Part shown: positions 7,854 to 16,971 of the stretch, in pieces
How positions within the stretch are numbered: position 1 is the first letter of the stretch
Layout: every line of letters begins with the position of its first letter
Assembly (NCBI GenBank): GCA_033721955.1
Contig: JAWVZY010000002.1
Location: 1 to 38,231 of the forward strand
Length of the DNA stretch: 38,231 bases
Direction of reading: 5' to 3'
Source of the DNA: Candidatus Spechtbacterales bacterium
GTDB taxonomy: Bacteria > Patescibacteriota > Minisyncoccia > Spechtbacterales > 2-12-FULL-38-22
The notes under the pieces: model-generated
The model's database searches: none
The model's input: the letters and a program-made list of their open reading frames with translations, nothing else
Told to the model about the DNA's origin: nothing
Made by a program: the position numbers and the translations under genes

Positions 7854-8606
7854 TTAACATACAGTCAAAATCTCAGGACCTTCGGCAGTTATTGCGATTG
7901 TATGCTCAAAATGCGCGGTAAGCCCCCCACTTTTGCTTTTAAAGCTAAATTTATCCGGAGCGAGTTCTACAACTTCAGAGCCGCCCCCAATTACCATAGG
8001 TTCAATTGCAATTACCATGCCTTCCTCCAAGACAACGCCCGTGTGGCGCTTACCCCAATTAGGCACCTGTGGGTCTTCATGTAATTTTTTACCAATGCCA
8101 TGCCCCACCAAACTTTTTACTATTTTATAATCCTCATCTTCTACATACCTTTGTATTGTATTCCCTATGTCTCCTGTCGTGTTACCTGGCTTAGCTTTTT
8201 TAATACCAAGGCGAAGAGCTTTTTTTGTAACCCGTATAAGCCGACGCGCCTCATGCGATATATCACCAATAGGAATTGTGATTGCTGTATCTGAATACCA
8301 CCCTTTATAGATAACCCCAAAATCAAGTCCTAAAATATCACCCTCTCTCAGTGGCTCATCAGTTGGAATGCCATGAACTATAATATCATTTACAGAAGTG
8401 CACACAACTCCCGGAAAACCATCGTATCCTTTAAATGCGGGCTTTACCTTGTGTTTTTCAATTAGCTTCTCGGCTAACATATCTAATTCTTTAGTGCTTA
8501 TTCCCGGTTTTGCCGCATCCCTGAGCTCATTCAAAATAGAGGCGGCAATTTTGCCGCTCTCTCTCATTTTTTCTATATCTTTTTTAGATTTTATAAATTT
8601 AGACAT
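7854..8606 (-). CDS. map: Methionine aminopeptidase, type I
   Basis: Metal-ligand context LGLDFGV, GHGIG, EPM and EHT, at the canonical position after adk. Confidence 0.95.
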   Translation of the reverse strand: MSKFIKSKKDIEKMRESGKIAASILNELRDAAKPGISTKELDMLAEKLIEKHKVKPAFKGYDGFPGVVCTSVNDIIVHGIPTDEPLREGDILGLDFGVIYKGWYSDTAITIPIGDISHEARRLIRVTKKALRLGIKKAKPGNTTGDIGNTIQRYVEDEDYKIVKSLVGHGIGKKLHEDPQVPNWGKRHTGVVLEEGMVIAIEPMVIGGGSEVVELAPDKFSFKSKSGGLTAHFEHTIAITAEGPEILTVC

Positions 8607-9212
8607 TTATTTTAAATGATCCATTATTTCCTTATGTACTTTTTCTATAGGTCTCTCTCCATCTACTTTAATTAAGGGTATTCCTCTTTTTTCAAACTCC
8701 TGTATAGCAGGCCAAGTTCGCTCAATAAATTCCTTTGTCCTTAACTTTAATTTTTCTTCTCCCTCATCTAGTGGTCGCGGATTAATCTTATTTCTTTCAA
8801 TAATGCGCTCTATTCCAACTTCTTCAGAGATATCTAAATATACAGGCAATAAGTTTTCTTTGCCAAACAAATTAACCAAAAAGGGGATAAGATTTTCCGA
8901 TTCATAAGGTGTTCTGGGAGAACCTGAAAAAATAATACCATTTTTATCATTAAAATTCTGTGCTACTAAATTTTGAATATATTCTTTTATAACCCCAAGA
9001 ACAAATGATGGGGTGCATAATTTACCAGATTCAAATATCTCTCTTTCCTTTATTAGTTTTGGATCGCTTTCTGCTTTAGGAGAATATAATTTTTCTTTTA
9101 ACACGTCACTTGTAGAGATTCGCATTAAATCAAGTTTTTCCGCTAAAAGTTCGGCCTGTGTATCCTTGCCGGAACCCGGCCTGCCTAAAATAAATACTGC
9201 TAATTTATCCAT
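8607..9212 (-). CDS. adk: Adenylate kinase
   Basis: P-loop GRPGSGKDTQAELLAEKL, at the canonical position after secY. Confidence 0.9.
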   Translation of the reverse strand: MDKLAVFILGRPGSGKDTQAELLAEKLDLMRISTSDVLKEKLYSPKAESDPKLIKEREIFESGKLCTPSFVLGVIKEYIQNLVAQNFNDKNGIIFSGSPRTPYESENLIPFLVNLFGKENLLPVYLDISEEVGIERIIERNKINPRPLDEGEEKLKLRTKEFIERTWPAIQEFEKRGIPLIKVDGERPIEKVHKEIMDHLK

Positions 9213-9241
9213 AAAATATAACCTTATTAATTCATAAAGAC

Positions 9242-9250
9242 ATTATACCA
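9242..9250 (-). promoter_or_regulatory. Extended -10 promoter TGgTATAAT for adk-map
   Basis: Minus strand reads ctgTGgTATAATgtc, with a 29-nt leader that contains aagg. There is no good -35. Confidence 0.4.
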
Positions 9251-9300
9251 CAGCGAATTAAATGAATAATAAACAAAAAATAGCGTATGATATATATTAC

Positions 9301-9326
9301 AAAAATAAAAATGCCTATATAAGGCA
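9301..9326 (-). terminator. Weak terminator after secY
   Basis: Minus strand reads tgcct-tatat-aggca followed by TTTTTATTTTTG. The stem is only 5 bp. Confidence 0.4.
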
Positions 9327-9377
9327 GTTAAAATTTATCCTTCGCTTAAAACGGGAAAAGATACCCCCCCCTCTTAC

Positions 9378-10667
9378 TTATTCATACTGGCGCATAACTA
9401 TTTGCGCTTTTATTTGCCGTATAGTTTCGAGTGCTACCGATACCACAATCAAAATAGAAGTACCCCCTATTATAAATGAAAGATTACTTAATCCACCTGC
9501 CTGTCCTGCAACTCCCTGCACAACATTCGGCACTATAGCAATTATTCCAAGAAATATAGCTCCCACAAGCAAGGTTCTGTTTAAAATAAAGTTCAGGCGC
9601 TCAGCTGTTTTTCTTCCGGGGCGAATTCCGGGCACAAATCCACCCTGCTTTTGAAGGTTTTCGGCAACGGTCTCGGGATTAAATGTTACGGCTGTATAGA
9701 AATATGTGAAAAAGACAACAAGCAGGAAGTATGCTGTAGAATATGCAAATAAGTTATTCTGGAAAGAATTCATGAGATTAGCAAGACCCGCTAAAAACTG
9801 GTTTTCTGCACCCGCGAAGAAGTTGGCAATTATTCCAGGGAATAAAGTAATAGACAATGCAAAAATTATAGGCATCACACCTGCTGGGTTCAAAGAAAGC
9901 GGAAGGTAAGTTGAAGAACCTCCATAAATCTTATTCCCCCTTACCTGTTTTGCATATGATACCGGGATATTACGCCTCGCCTCATTAACTACAACAACCG
10001 CAGCAACTATAAATATACCCACCAGTACAAAAGCTATATAAGAAGTTAACTTTTCAGGGGTAAAGTTCACTAAAGCACTTTGAATATTTACCGGCAAAGA
10101 CGCGATAATACCCGCAAAAATAAGAAGAGAGATACCATTTCCAATACCTTTTTCGGTAATAAGCTCTCCGAGCCACATTAAAAATATGGCGCCAGCAGTA
10201 ACAGTGGATAAAAATGCTATCAACTCAAAAGTCGATAAAGTAGTTAAAATATTCTGACTGCGAAAAAGCGCATAAAGCCCATAGCCCTGAAGTGTCGCAA
10301 GGGGCACTGTCAAAATACGGCCGTACTGATTAAACTTTTGTCTGCCCTGCTCTCCCTCTTCTTCATACATCTCTTTTAGGCGAGGGAATATCATAGTTAA
10401 CAGCTGTAATGTAATTGTTGCTGTAATATAAGGGCCAAGTCCAAGCATTACAATTGAAAGATTGCTTAAAGCTCCTCCCGAAAATATATTTAAAATACCG
10501 AAGAATTGATTGCCTCCTAAAAACGATTGCAATTGATCACTATCAATTCCAGGCACGGGAATAACGGCTGCAACTCTAAATATTGCCAAAGTGAAAAATA
10601 CAAAAAGCACCTTTTTTCTAAGGTCTTTGAGTTTAAAAACTGCCAGAACTTGTTGATACCACTTCAT
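9378..10667 (-). CDS. secY: Preprotein translocase subunit SecY
   Basis: 10-TM protein with LGLGPYITATITLQLL, positioned after rplO. Confidence 0.95.
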   Translation of the reverse strand: MKWYQQVLAVFKLKDLRKKVLFVFFTLAIFRVAAVIPVPGIDSDQLQSFLGGNQFFGILNIFSGGALSNLSIVMLGLGPYITATITLQLLTMIFPRLKEMYEEEGEQGRQKFNQYGRILTVPLATLQGYGLYALFRSQNILTTLSTFELIAFLSTVTAGAIFLMWLGELITEKGIGNGISLLIFAGIIASLPVNIQSALVNFTPEKLTSYIAFVLVGIFIVAAVVVVNEARRNIPVSYAKQVRGNKIYGGSSTYLPLSLNPAGVMPIIFALSITLFPGIIANFFAGAENQFLAGLANLMNSFQNNLFAYSTAYFLLVVFFTYFYTAVTFNPETVAENLQKQGGFVPGIRPGRKTAERLNFILNRTLLVGAIFLGIIAIVPNVVQGVAGQAGGLSNLSFIIGGTSILIVVSVALETIRQIKAQIVMRQYE

Positions 10668-10670
10668 AAA

Positions 10671-11150
10671 TTATTCTATTTTACCACCGGCCTTTTCTAT
10701 TTGCTGGCGAGCCGATGCGGACAATTTTAATCCTTTAACAGTAATTTCTTTTTTAAGCTCACCCTTGCCCAAAAGCTTTATATTTTTAGGCACACGGCCT
10801 TTGTGTTTTGCAACCAACTTCTTTTTTACTAAAAATTCCGGATCTACTACATCGCCTTTTTTAACTACGCTCTGAAGATCTCCTGTATTTATTGTAAATA
10901 CCGGTTGAACATTTTGCGAACCCATAACTCCACCACCCCTAACGTTATGGCCTTTATTTTGTCCCTTGCTTGTGGGGCCTGTAGCTTTTGGTATCTTGAA
11001 AATATAATCAAGAATCTGAGGTCTTATGTTATGACCTGCGCGCGCTTTTTGTCCTTTTACCCCCCTACCTGAAAACGTTCCTCTCTTACCGCCCCTGCCA
11101 ACGCGACGCTTTTTCTTTTGTTTTGGTTTTTTTATATCGTGTGTTTGCAT
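10671..11150 (-). CDS. rplO: 50S ribosomal protein L15
   Basis: Contains RRVGRGGKRGTFSGRGVKGQKARAG, in spc operon order. Confidence 0.95.
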   Translation of the reverse strand: MQTHDIKKPKQKKKRRVGRGGKRGTFSGRGVKGQKARAGHNIRPQILDYIFKIPKATGPTSKGQNKGHNVRGGGVMGSQNVQPVFTINTGDLQSVVKKGDVVDPEFLVKKKLVAKHKGRVPKNIKLLGKGELKKEITVKGLKLSASARQQIEKAGGKIE

Positions 11151-11152
11151 AA

Positions 11153-11794
11153 TTATTTTTTATCCTTTTTCTTTTTCTTTTTAGCTGTTTTCTTTGTCGT
11201 TTTTTTCTTTTTATCTGATTTTTTGTCATCAGCAGGTTTTTTATTTTCTGCTTTTTTATTATTATCCTCTTCTTTTTTGCTTTCTTTCTTTTCTGTTTTA
11301 GGAGCCGTATAATCTATGCGCTCAAGAGCATTCACTGTAGCAAGAGCCATATTCAGTTTATTTGTGCTACGGCTAAGCACCTTTGCTGTAATGTCGCTAA
11401 ACCCAGCGAGATCACATACAGTTCGTACAGCACCACCTGCAATAATACCCCTTCCGCGACGAGCAGGTTTTAAATACACCACTGTAGCAGATTGCTTACC
11501 CTTAATATCGTAAGGTATTGTGCCTTCAGGTGTCATAGGAACATGCATAACATTCTTTTTGGCATTCCGCGTTGCTTTTCCGATAGATATTGAAACATCA
11601 GAACCTTTGCCAATACCAACGCCGACCCTGCCTTTTCTATCTCCTACTACAACAACAGATCGAAAACTAAAACGCCGACCTCCCGCAACTACTCGAGCCA
11701 CGCGCGCTATATCCAAAACCTTATTATCAAATTCCTGAGGTTCCTTCTTTCTCCTTGGTCTTCTGCCTCTGTTTTTTGTTTTTTGTTTAGCCAT
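11153..11794 (-). CDS. rpsE: 30S ribosomal protein S5 with a Lys-rich C-terminal tail of about 50 aa
   Basis: The S5 core is present (VARVVAGGRRFSFRSVVVVGD, IIAGGAVR). The tail reads TEKKESKKEEDNNKK...KKKKKKDKK. Confidence 0.95.
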   Translation of the reverse strand: MAKQKTKNRGRRPRRKKEPQEFDNKVLDIARVARVVAGGRRFSFRSVVVVGDRKGRVGVGIGKGSDVSISIGKATRNAKKNVMHVPMTPEGTIPYDIKGKQSATVVYLKPARRGRGIIAGGAVRTVCDLAGFSDITAKVLSRSTNKLNMALATVNALERIDYTAPKTEKKESKKEEDNNKKAENKKPADDKKSDKKKKTTKKTAKKKKKKDKK

Positions 11795-11803
11795 ATTTAT
11801 TAT

Positions 11804-12163
11804 TTAAAATTTTAAGCCGGCTTCTCTGGCACCTTCAGCCAAAGCTTTTACTTTGCCGTGATATTTATAACCTCCACGATCAAATATAACTTTTCTATAC
11901 CCTTCTTTTATAGCAAGCTTACCAAATTCCTTGCCTACTTTTTTAGCTATATTAGTATCAGCATTTATTTTTTCCTTTTTACCTGACAATTTTTTATCTG
12001 AAAATGACATCAAAACATGCCCTTTTGTATCATCTGCAAGTCCACAATAGATATGCTTATTAGATTTATAAACAAACAAACGAGGACGCTGTAAAGTGCC
12101 TTTCACTTTAGCGCGAACTCTTTTGTGTCTTATTTTTCTTTTTGCTGTCTTTGTTTTAGTCAT
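11804..12163 (-). CDS. rplR: 50S ribosomal protein L18
   Basis: Contains RLFVYKSNKHIYCGLADD and DRGGYKYHGKVKALAEGAREAGLKF. Confidence 0.95.
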   Translation of the reverse strand: MTKTKTAKRKIRHKRVRAKVKGTLQRPRLFVYKSNKHIYCGLADDTKGHVLMSFSDKKLSGKKEKINADTNIAKKVGKEFGKLAIKEGYRKVIFDRGGYKYHGKVKALAEGAREAGLKF

Positions 12164-12178
12164 AATAATTATTTACCG

Positions 12179-12733
12179 TTAAGCACCGGCTCCTCCTGCG
12201 CCTATAGCGCGCTTACCTGCCTTTCGCCTTATTTGCTCGCCCTCATAAGCAACTCCTTTACCCTTATAAGGTTCGGGCGGTCGTTTTGCACGTATATCTG
12301 CGGCAAATTGGCCCACTTTCTGTTTATCTATACCTTTTATTGTGATCTTATTTTTTTCTACCTGTACATCTAAGCCCTCGGGTACCTCCATTTCAACAGG
12401 ATGGGAATAGCCAAGATTTAAAACAAGGTTATTGCCTTTTGCCTCAGCTCTATAACCTACTCCGGTAATAATAAGAGATTTCTCAAAACCCTTTGATACT
12501 CCCTGTACCATATTTGCAATAAGAGCGCGATAAAGACCCCAAAGGGCATTGGCTTTTTTATTATTACCTGCCGGCTCTATTTTGATCTCCCCATCCGTAT
12601 TTTCTACTTTTAACTGATCTGAAAATTCCAATGCTAATTCGCCCAAAGAACCCTTGGCTTTAATAGTGTTGCCCTCAATAGTTATCTCTACTCCGCTGGG
12701 CACTTCAATTGGTTTTTGTCCTACTCTACTCAT
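12179..12733 (-). CDS. rplF: 50S ribosomal protein L6
   Basis: Contains SRVGQKPIEVPSGV and ITGVGYRA, in operon order. Confidence 0.95.
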   Translation of the reverse strand: MSRVGQKPIEVPSGVEITIEGNTIKAKGSLGELALEFSDQLKVENTDGEIKIEPAGNNKKANALWGLYRALIANMVQGVSKGFEKSLIITGVGYRAEAKGNNLVLNLGYSHPVEMEVPEGLDVQVEKNKITIKGIDKQKVGQFAADIRAKRPPEPYKGKGVAYEGEQIRRKAGKRAIGAGGAGA

Positions 12734-12740
12734 ATTTTTA

Positions 12741-13130
12741 TTACCAAATTTCTGCTATTAATTCGCCCCCAACCTTTTTCTTTTTTGCGTCATCACCGCT
12801 TAAAAGGCCGTGGGGTGTTGATATTACAGACATTCCATAACCGCTTTTTACACTTCTGATATCCCTATAGCCCAGATATATCCTCTGGCCCGGCTTACTG
12901 ACACGCCTAAGAGATGTTATAGCGGGTTCTCCGTTTTCTTTATACTTTAAGGCAATTATAATAACCGGCTTCACCTTGGAGCCCTTCTTTTCAACTCCTT
13001 CAACTAGGCCTGCGGCTTCCATAATTTTTGCCAAATTAAATTTAATATTTGAATACGAAACTTTAACCGTTTCTTTGCCTACGGCCTGAGCGTTTCTTAT
13101 AATTGTTAACATGTCTGCTATTGGATCCAT
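12741..13130 (-). CDS. rpsH: 30S ribosomal protein S8
   Basis: Contains DPIADMLTIIRNA and a C-terminal GGELIAEIW. Confidence 0.95.
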   Translation of the reverse strand: MDPIADMLTIIRNAQAVGKETVKVSYSNIKFNLAKIMEAAGLVEGVEKKGSKVKPVIIIALKYKENGEPAITSLRRVSKPGQRIYLGYRDIRSVKSGYGMSVISTPHGLLSGDDAKKKKVGGELIAEIW

Positions 13131-13147
13131 AATTTTTATTTAATGTA

Positions 13148-13333
13148 TTACCAGCTAGATTTCCTTACGCCGGGTATTTCACCTTTACTTGCAAGCTCGC
13201 GAAAGCATATTCGACAAAGATCAAAATCTCTCATGTATCCCCGCTTCCTTCCGCACTTAAAACAGCGATTCTCCTTTCTGGTAGAAAATTTAGGTTTTTT
13301 ATATGCTTTTGCTATTTTTGATTTTTTTGCCAT
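13148..13333 (-). CDS. rpsN: 30S ribosomal protein S14, type Z (zinc-binding, 61 aa)
   Basis: MAKKSKIAK...[23 protein letters not shown] with CxxC...CxxC. The ORF-track start at 13366 would overlap rplE, so the internal ATG at 13333 gives the canonical length. Confidence 0.9.
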   Translation of the reverse strand: MAKKSKIAKAYKKPKFSTRKENRCFKCGRKRGYMRDFDLCRICFRELASKGEIPGVRKSSW

Positions 13334-13346
13334 ATAATATATTAAT

Positions 13347-13931
13347 TTACTGATCTTCTTTTTCAAACGGCACTCCTAGTTTTTCAAACAATTCAAGCGC
13401 CTTTTCTTTTTCTTTTGTATTTGTTACAAATGTTGCCTCAAACCCCCAATTGAAATTTCCGGATTCTACCTCAGGAAATATACTGCTTTCTTTTACACCT
13501 ATTGTCAGATTACCTCCGCTATCAACAGATTTTTTAGAAATACCTCTAAAATCGCGGGTGCGGGGCAAGGCCACATTTATAAGACGTGCCATAAAATCAT
13601 ACATTTTCTTGCCTCTGAGGGTAACTTTGAGGCCGGCAGGCATTCCTTCCCTTAACTTAAAACCTGCAATTGATTTTTTAGCGCGTACAAGCTGAGGCTT
13701 CTGACCGGATATACTTGCCAGGCCCTCAACCAGATCACTCAACATTTCTTCATCTGTTTGAGAACCGCTACCTGATCCTTTTCTTTTAGCAGATATTTTA
13801 CCAACACCCGCATTCAAAACTATCTTTTCAAGTTTTGGCACTTCAAATATATTTAAACCACCTAATTCTTTTGCTAATTCAGGTTTAATATTTTTATTAT
13901 AGTTTTTTTGCAAATCAAGTGTTTCACTCAT
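13347..13931 (-). CDS. rplE: 50S ribosomal protein L5
   Basis: Contains [11 protein letters not shown] and [21 protein letters not shown]. Confidence 0.95.
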   Translation of the reverse strand: MSETLDLQKNYNKNIKPELAKELGGLNIFEVPKLEKIVLNAGVGKISAKRKGSGSGSQTDEEMLSDLVEGLASISGQKPQLVRAKKSIAGFKLREGMPAGLKVTLRGKKMYDFMARLINVALPRTRDFRGISKKSVDSGGNLTIGVKESSIFPEVESGNFNWGFEATFVTNTKEKEKALELFEKLGVPFEKEDQ

Positions 13932-13939
13932 AATAATGC

Positions 13940-14248
13940 TTACTTAATGCTTTTACCGCATTTTTTACACAAACGAACTTTAGCTTCTCCCTCTTTTTTA
14001 TGACCCATTCGCGCTGCTTTCCCGCATCGAGGGCAAACTACCTTTACGTTAGAAATATCAATGGGTCCGGGAAGCTCGACTATCTCGCCCTGCTCACCTT
14101 GGCGACGCGGCCTTACATGCTTTTTTTGCATATTAACACCCTCAACAACTACCCTGGACCTTCTGGGTAAAGTTGAAATAACCTTCCCGGTCTTACCCCG
14201 GTTCTTGCCATGTATTATTAATACTTTGTCGCCTTTTTTTACCTTCAT
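13940..14248 (-). CDS. rplX: 50S ribosomal protein L24 (Cys4 form)
   Basis: KOW motif KVKKGDKVLIIHGKNRGKTGKV. The C-terminus carries CPRCGK...CKKCGK. Confidence 0.95.
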   Translation of the reverse strand: MKVKKGDKVLIIHGKNRGKTGKVISTLPRRSRVVVEGVNMQKKHVRPRRQGEQGEIVELPGPIDISNVKVVCPRCGKAARMGHKKEGEAKVRLCKKCGKSIK

Positions 14249-14252
14249 AATA

Positions 14253-14618
14253 TTAAAGTAATTCCTGTGCTAACGAAGCTATTTTATTAAATCCCCGCTG
14301 TTTAATTTCTCGCGGTATAGGACCAAAAATTCTACCTCCCACAGGGAGCATGCCCTCCAAAATTACCGCCGCATTATCATCAAATGAAATATAAGAGCCA
14401 TCCTTTCTGCGATAGGGTTTTCTTTGCCGTACAATAACCGCCTTTACCACATCTTTCTTCTTAACCTGGCGACGAGGTTCAGCCCGCTTAACTGAGGCAA
14501 CTATAATATCGCCTATTTGCCCATAGCGACGGCTGCCTCCGCCTGTTACGCGTATACATTGAATCTCTTTTGCTCCGGAGTTATCAGCTACTTTTAATTT
14601 TGACTGATTCTGTATCAT
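14253..14618 (-). CDS. rplN: 50S ribosomal protein L14
   Basis: N-terminus reads [24 protein letters not shown]. Confidence 0.97.
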   Translation of the reverse strand: MIQNQSKLKVADNSGAKEIQCIRVTGGGSRRYGQIGDIIVASVKRAEPRRQVKKKDVVKAVIVRQRKPYRRKDGSYISFDDNAAVILEGMLPVGGRIFGPIPREIKQRGFNKIASLAQELL

Positions 14619-14622
14619 AAAT

Positions 14623-14883
14623 TTAATTTATTTTCTTTATCACCTTCCATTTTTTATGCTTTGACACGGGACTTGTCTCTTCTATTTCCACTCTATCGCC
14701 TACCGCATACTCACCATCTTCATAATGGGCCTTATAATTCTTTGATATAGTATAACGCTTTTTGTATTTGGGATGCTCTACCATGCGATCAACCCTAACT
14801 ACAAGAGTTTTTTGCATTTTATCTGAAACAATGCTTCCTTGTAGTTTTTTTCTATTTACTTCTTTTTTTGTTTTTTTAGACAT
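14623..14883 (-). CDS. rpsQ: 30S ribosomal protein S17
   Basis: Contains [27 protein letters not shown]. Confidence 0.95.
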   Translation of the reverse strand: MSKKTKKEVNRKKLQGSIVSDKMQKTLVVRVDRMVEHPKYKKRYTISKNYKAHYEDGEYAVGDRVEIEETSPVSKHKKWKVIKKIN

Positions 14884-14886
14884 ATT

Positions 14887-15096
14887 TTATTTATTATCTT
14901 TCTCTGCCTTATTGCGCCTTTCTGTTAATATTGTATAGACGCGGGCAATATCTTTTTTAACTTCTCTCATTTCACTAACATTTTTTACATTACCTGATGC
15001 AATATTCATTTTAAGCTCCACAACGCGGGATTTCTTATCATTCAATAATTTCTGCAATTCCTTATCTGATCTTTTGTTTAATTCTTTTGCTTTCAT
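14887..15096 (-). CDS. rpmC: 50S ribosomal protein L29
   Basis: A 69-aa helical protein at the L16-S17 position, with ELxxxxxELKxLLxxKKxxL-like content. Confidence 0.9.
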   Translation of the reverse strand: MKAKELNKRSDKELQKLLNDKKSRVVELKMNIASGNVKNVSEMREVKKDIARVYTILTERRNKAEKDNK

Positions 15097-15100
15097 ATGT

Positions 15101-15511
15101 TTATCGGGAAATTATCTTAGTTTTAACAGGCAATTTGTAACTTGCACGCTTAAGCGCTTCGCGAGCTACTTCCTCGGGCACTCCATCTACTTCAAAAAGT
15201 ATTCGTCCGGGCTTTACGGGTGCTACAAAGTGATCAACAGATCCTTTTCCGCCACCCATGGGAACCTCCTGTCCTTTTTTTGTCACAGGCTTATCGGGAA
15301 AAATTCTTATCCATACCTTTCCGCCTCTTTTCATATACCGAGTGATAGCTCGCCGTGATGCCTCTATCTGGCGAGAAGTTATCCATTTTTCACCCTCAGA
15401 CACCTGCAGACCCCATTGGCCAAAGCTCAATGTTGTTCCGCGAGATGCAATAGAGGTTCTATCACGCCCCTTCCACCATTTTCTATGTTTTACTTTTTTA
15501 GGTAGTAGCAT
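15101..15511 (-). CDS. rplP: 50S ribosomal protein L16
   Basis: Contains [16 protein letters not shown] and [12 protein letters not shown]. Confidence 0.97.
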   Translation of the reverse strand: MLLPKKVKHRKWWKGRDRTSIASRGTTLSFGQWGLQVSEGEKWITSRQIEASRRAITRYMKRGGKVWIRIFPDKPVTKKGQEVPMGGGKGSVDHFVAPVKPGRILFEVDGVPEEVAREALKRASYKLPVKTKIISR

Positions 15512-15534
15512 ATTATTTTACCAGAATTTATTTA

Positions 15535-16221
15535 TTATTCAAGTTTTTCTCCTTTGTATATCCAAACCTTTACCCCGATAGTACCGTACTTTGTCACAGC
15601 CTCCACAAAAGAATAATCAATATCTGCACGTAGGGTTTGTAGGGGCAAGCTTCCTTCTTTTACAAACTCGGTTCTTGCCATCTCAGCTCCATTCAAACGC
15701 CCCGCAACTGATATCTTAGCACCCTTTACCTCTTTATGGCTCATAACTCTATCAAGGGAGCGCTTTATTACGCGCCTGAAGGGTATTCTGCGCTCTAATT
15801 GTTCGGCCACATTCAATGCTACCAAGCGAGCTCTTGCATCGCTGTCTCTGACCTCGTGAACCTCTATTTTCACCTGTGGCAGGGCTTTTTGTTCATCGTC
15901 TGTATTATTTTTTGAAGGAGATATTTGTATCTTATTCCTAAGTATCTTCAGCAGGCCTTTTTTTGCCTCTTCAATACCCGAACCTCCTCGGCCGATAACA
16001 AGGCCTGGGCGCGATGTATGTACAAGAATTGAAATTGAATTTGCAAAACGCTCTATATCTATACTGTTGATGCCGGCATTTTGAAACTTATCTAAAAGAT
16101 ATTCTCTCATCTTATGATCCTGTTGAAGGTTCTTCTGGTAATTCTTTTTATCAAACCAGCGGGACTTCCATCCTTTTGTAATTCCTATTCTTGTACTTTT
16201 TGGGTGAGTTTTGTGAGTCAT
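15535..16221 (-). CDS. rpsC: 30S ribosomal protein S3
   Basis: KH domain with GLVIGRGGSGIE, plus RLNGAEMARTE. Confidence 0.95.
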   Translation of the reverse strand: MTHKTHPKSTRIGITKGWKSRWFDKKNYQKNLQQDHKMREYLLDKFQNAGINSIDIERFANSISILVHTSRPGLVIGRGGSGIEEAKKGLLKILRNKIQISPSKNNTDDEQKALPQVKIEVHEVRDSDARARLVALNVAEQLERRIPFRRVIKRSLDRVMSHKEVKGAKISVAGRLNGAEMARTEFVKEGSLPLQTLRADIDYSFVEAVTKYGTIGVKVWIYKGEKLE

Positions 16222-16664
16222 TATTTTGCTTTAGTTTTAGCTTTAGTTTTTTCCTTTTCTTTATTTGACTCGGAAGAAGTTTTAGATTTATTATTCTGCG
16301 CGCCAGAATCATCCTTATCTTTATCCTCTTTATCTACAAGAACAAGTGATATATGGCTTGTTTTCTTCTGTATTTCATGCACCATACCTCTAGCTACCGG
16401 CATATATCGCTTTAGTTTTGGACCTTCATTTACAAGTATTTGTTTTATATATAGGTTACTTTCATCCAATTCTTTATTTTGTTCTTTTGCGTTTGCTATA
16501 GCTGAATTTAAAAGCTTAAGCATGGGATCGGCAGACCTCTTAGTGGATGCCTTAAGTAAATGTTGCGCCATAACAGCATTTTCACCGCGTATTAGGCCCG
16601 CAACAAGGCGCACCTTTCTGGGCGCTATGCGTAAATGTGATAATTTTGCTTTATATTCAGTCAT
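16221..16664 (-). CDS. rplV: 50S ribosomal protein L22 with a Lys/Asp-rich C-terminal tail
   Basis: Contains LRIAPRKVRLVAGLIRG. The tail reads KEDKDKDDSGAQNNKSKTSSESNKEKEKTKAKTKAK. There is a 1-nt overlap with rpsC. Confidence 0.93.
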   Translation of the reverse strand: MTEYKAKLSHLRIAPRKVRLVAGLIRGENAVMAQHLLKASTKRSADPMLKLLNSAIANAKEQNKELDESNLYIKQILVNEGPKLKRYMPVARGMVHEIQKKTSHISLVLVDKEDKDKDDSGAQNNKSKTSSESNKEKEKTKAKTKAK

Positions 16665-16674
16665 ATTTTATTTA

Positions 16675-16965
16675 TTATCCTCTTTGCTTTTTTTCTAATG
16701 TATCCTGAAGCTTACCTCCATGACGTACAAACTTGCGAGTTGGAGAAAATTCTCCAAGCTTATGACCTACCATATCATCAGTTATAAATACGGGTATATG
16801 CTCTCTACCATTATGCACTCCTATAGTATAGCCCACCATTTCCGGTGTTATGGTAGATGCGCGCGCCCATGTTTTTATAACCGTTTTTTCGCCCTTCTTA
16901 ACGCGCTGCAGTTTCTTTAAAAGCTTTTCATCTACATATGGGCCTTTTTTTAGTGATCTTGCCAT
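16675..16965 (-). CDS. rpsS: 30S ribosomal protein S19
   Basis: Contains [12 protein letters not shown] and [25 protein letters not shown]. Confidence 0.97.
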   Translation of the reverse strand: MARSLKKGPYVDEKLLKKLQRVKKGEKTVIKTWARASTITPEMVGYTIGVHNGREHIPVFITDDMVGHKLGEFSPTRKFVRHGGKLQDTLEKKQRG

Positions 16966-16971
16966 AATAAT

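Noticed and set aside
13334-13366. An 11-residue N-terminal extension of S14 implied by the ORF track (start at 13366)
   Set aside because: It would overlap the end of rplE by 20 nt. The internal ATG at 13333 gives the canonical 61-aa type Z S14 beginning MAKKS.
13940-14050. Cys4 (CPRC...CKKC) zinc-ribbon-like C-terminus in L24 as a possible novelty
   Set aside because: The Cys pairs replace the equivalent beta-hairpin residues of Cys-less L24s. As far as I recall, Cys4 forms of L24 already exist in other lineages such as Thermus. This is a normal C+/C- ribosomal protein polymorphism.
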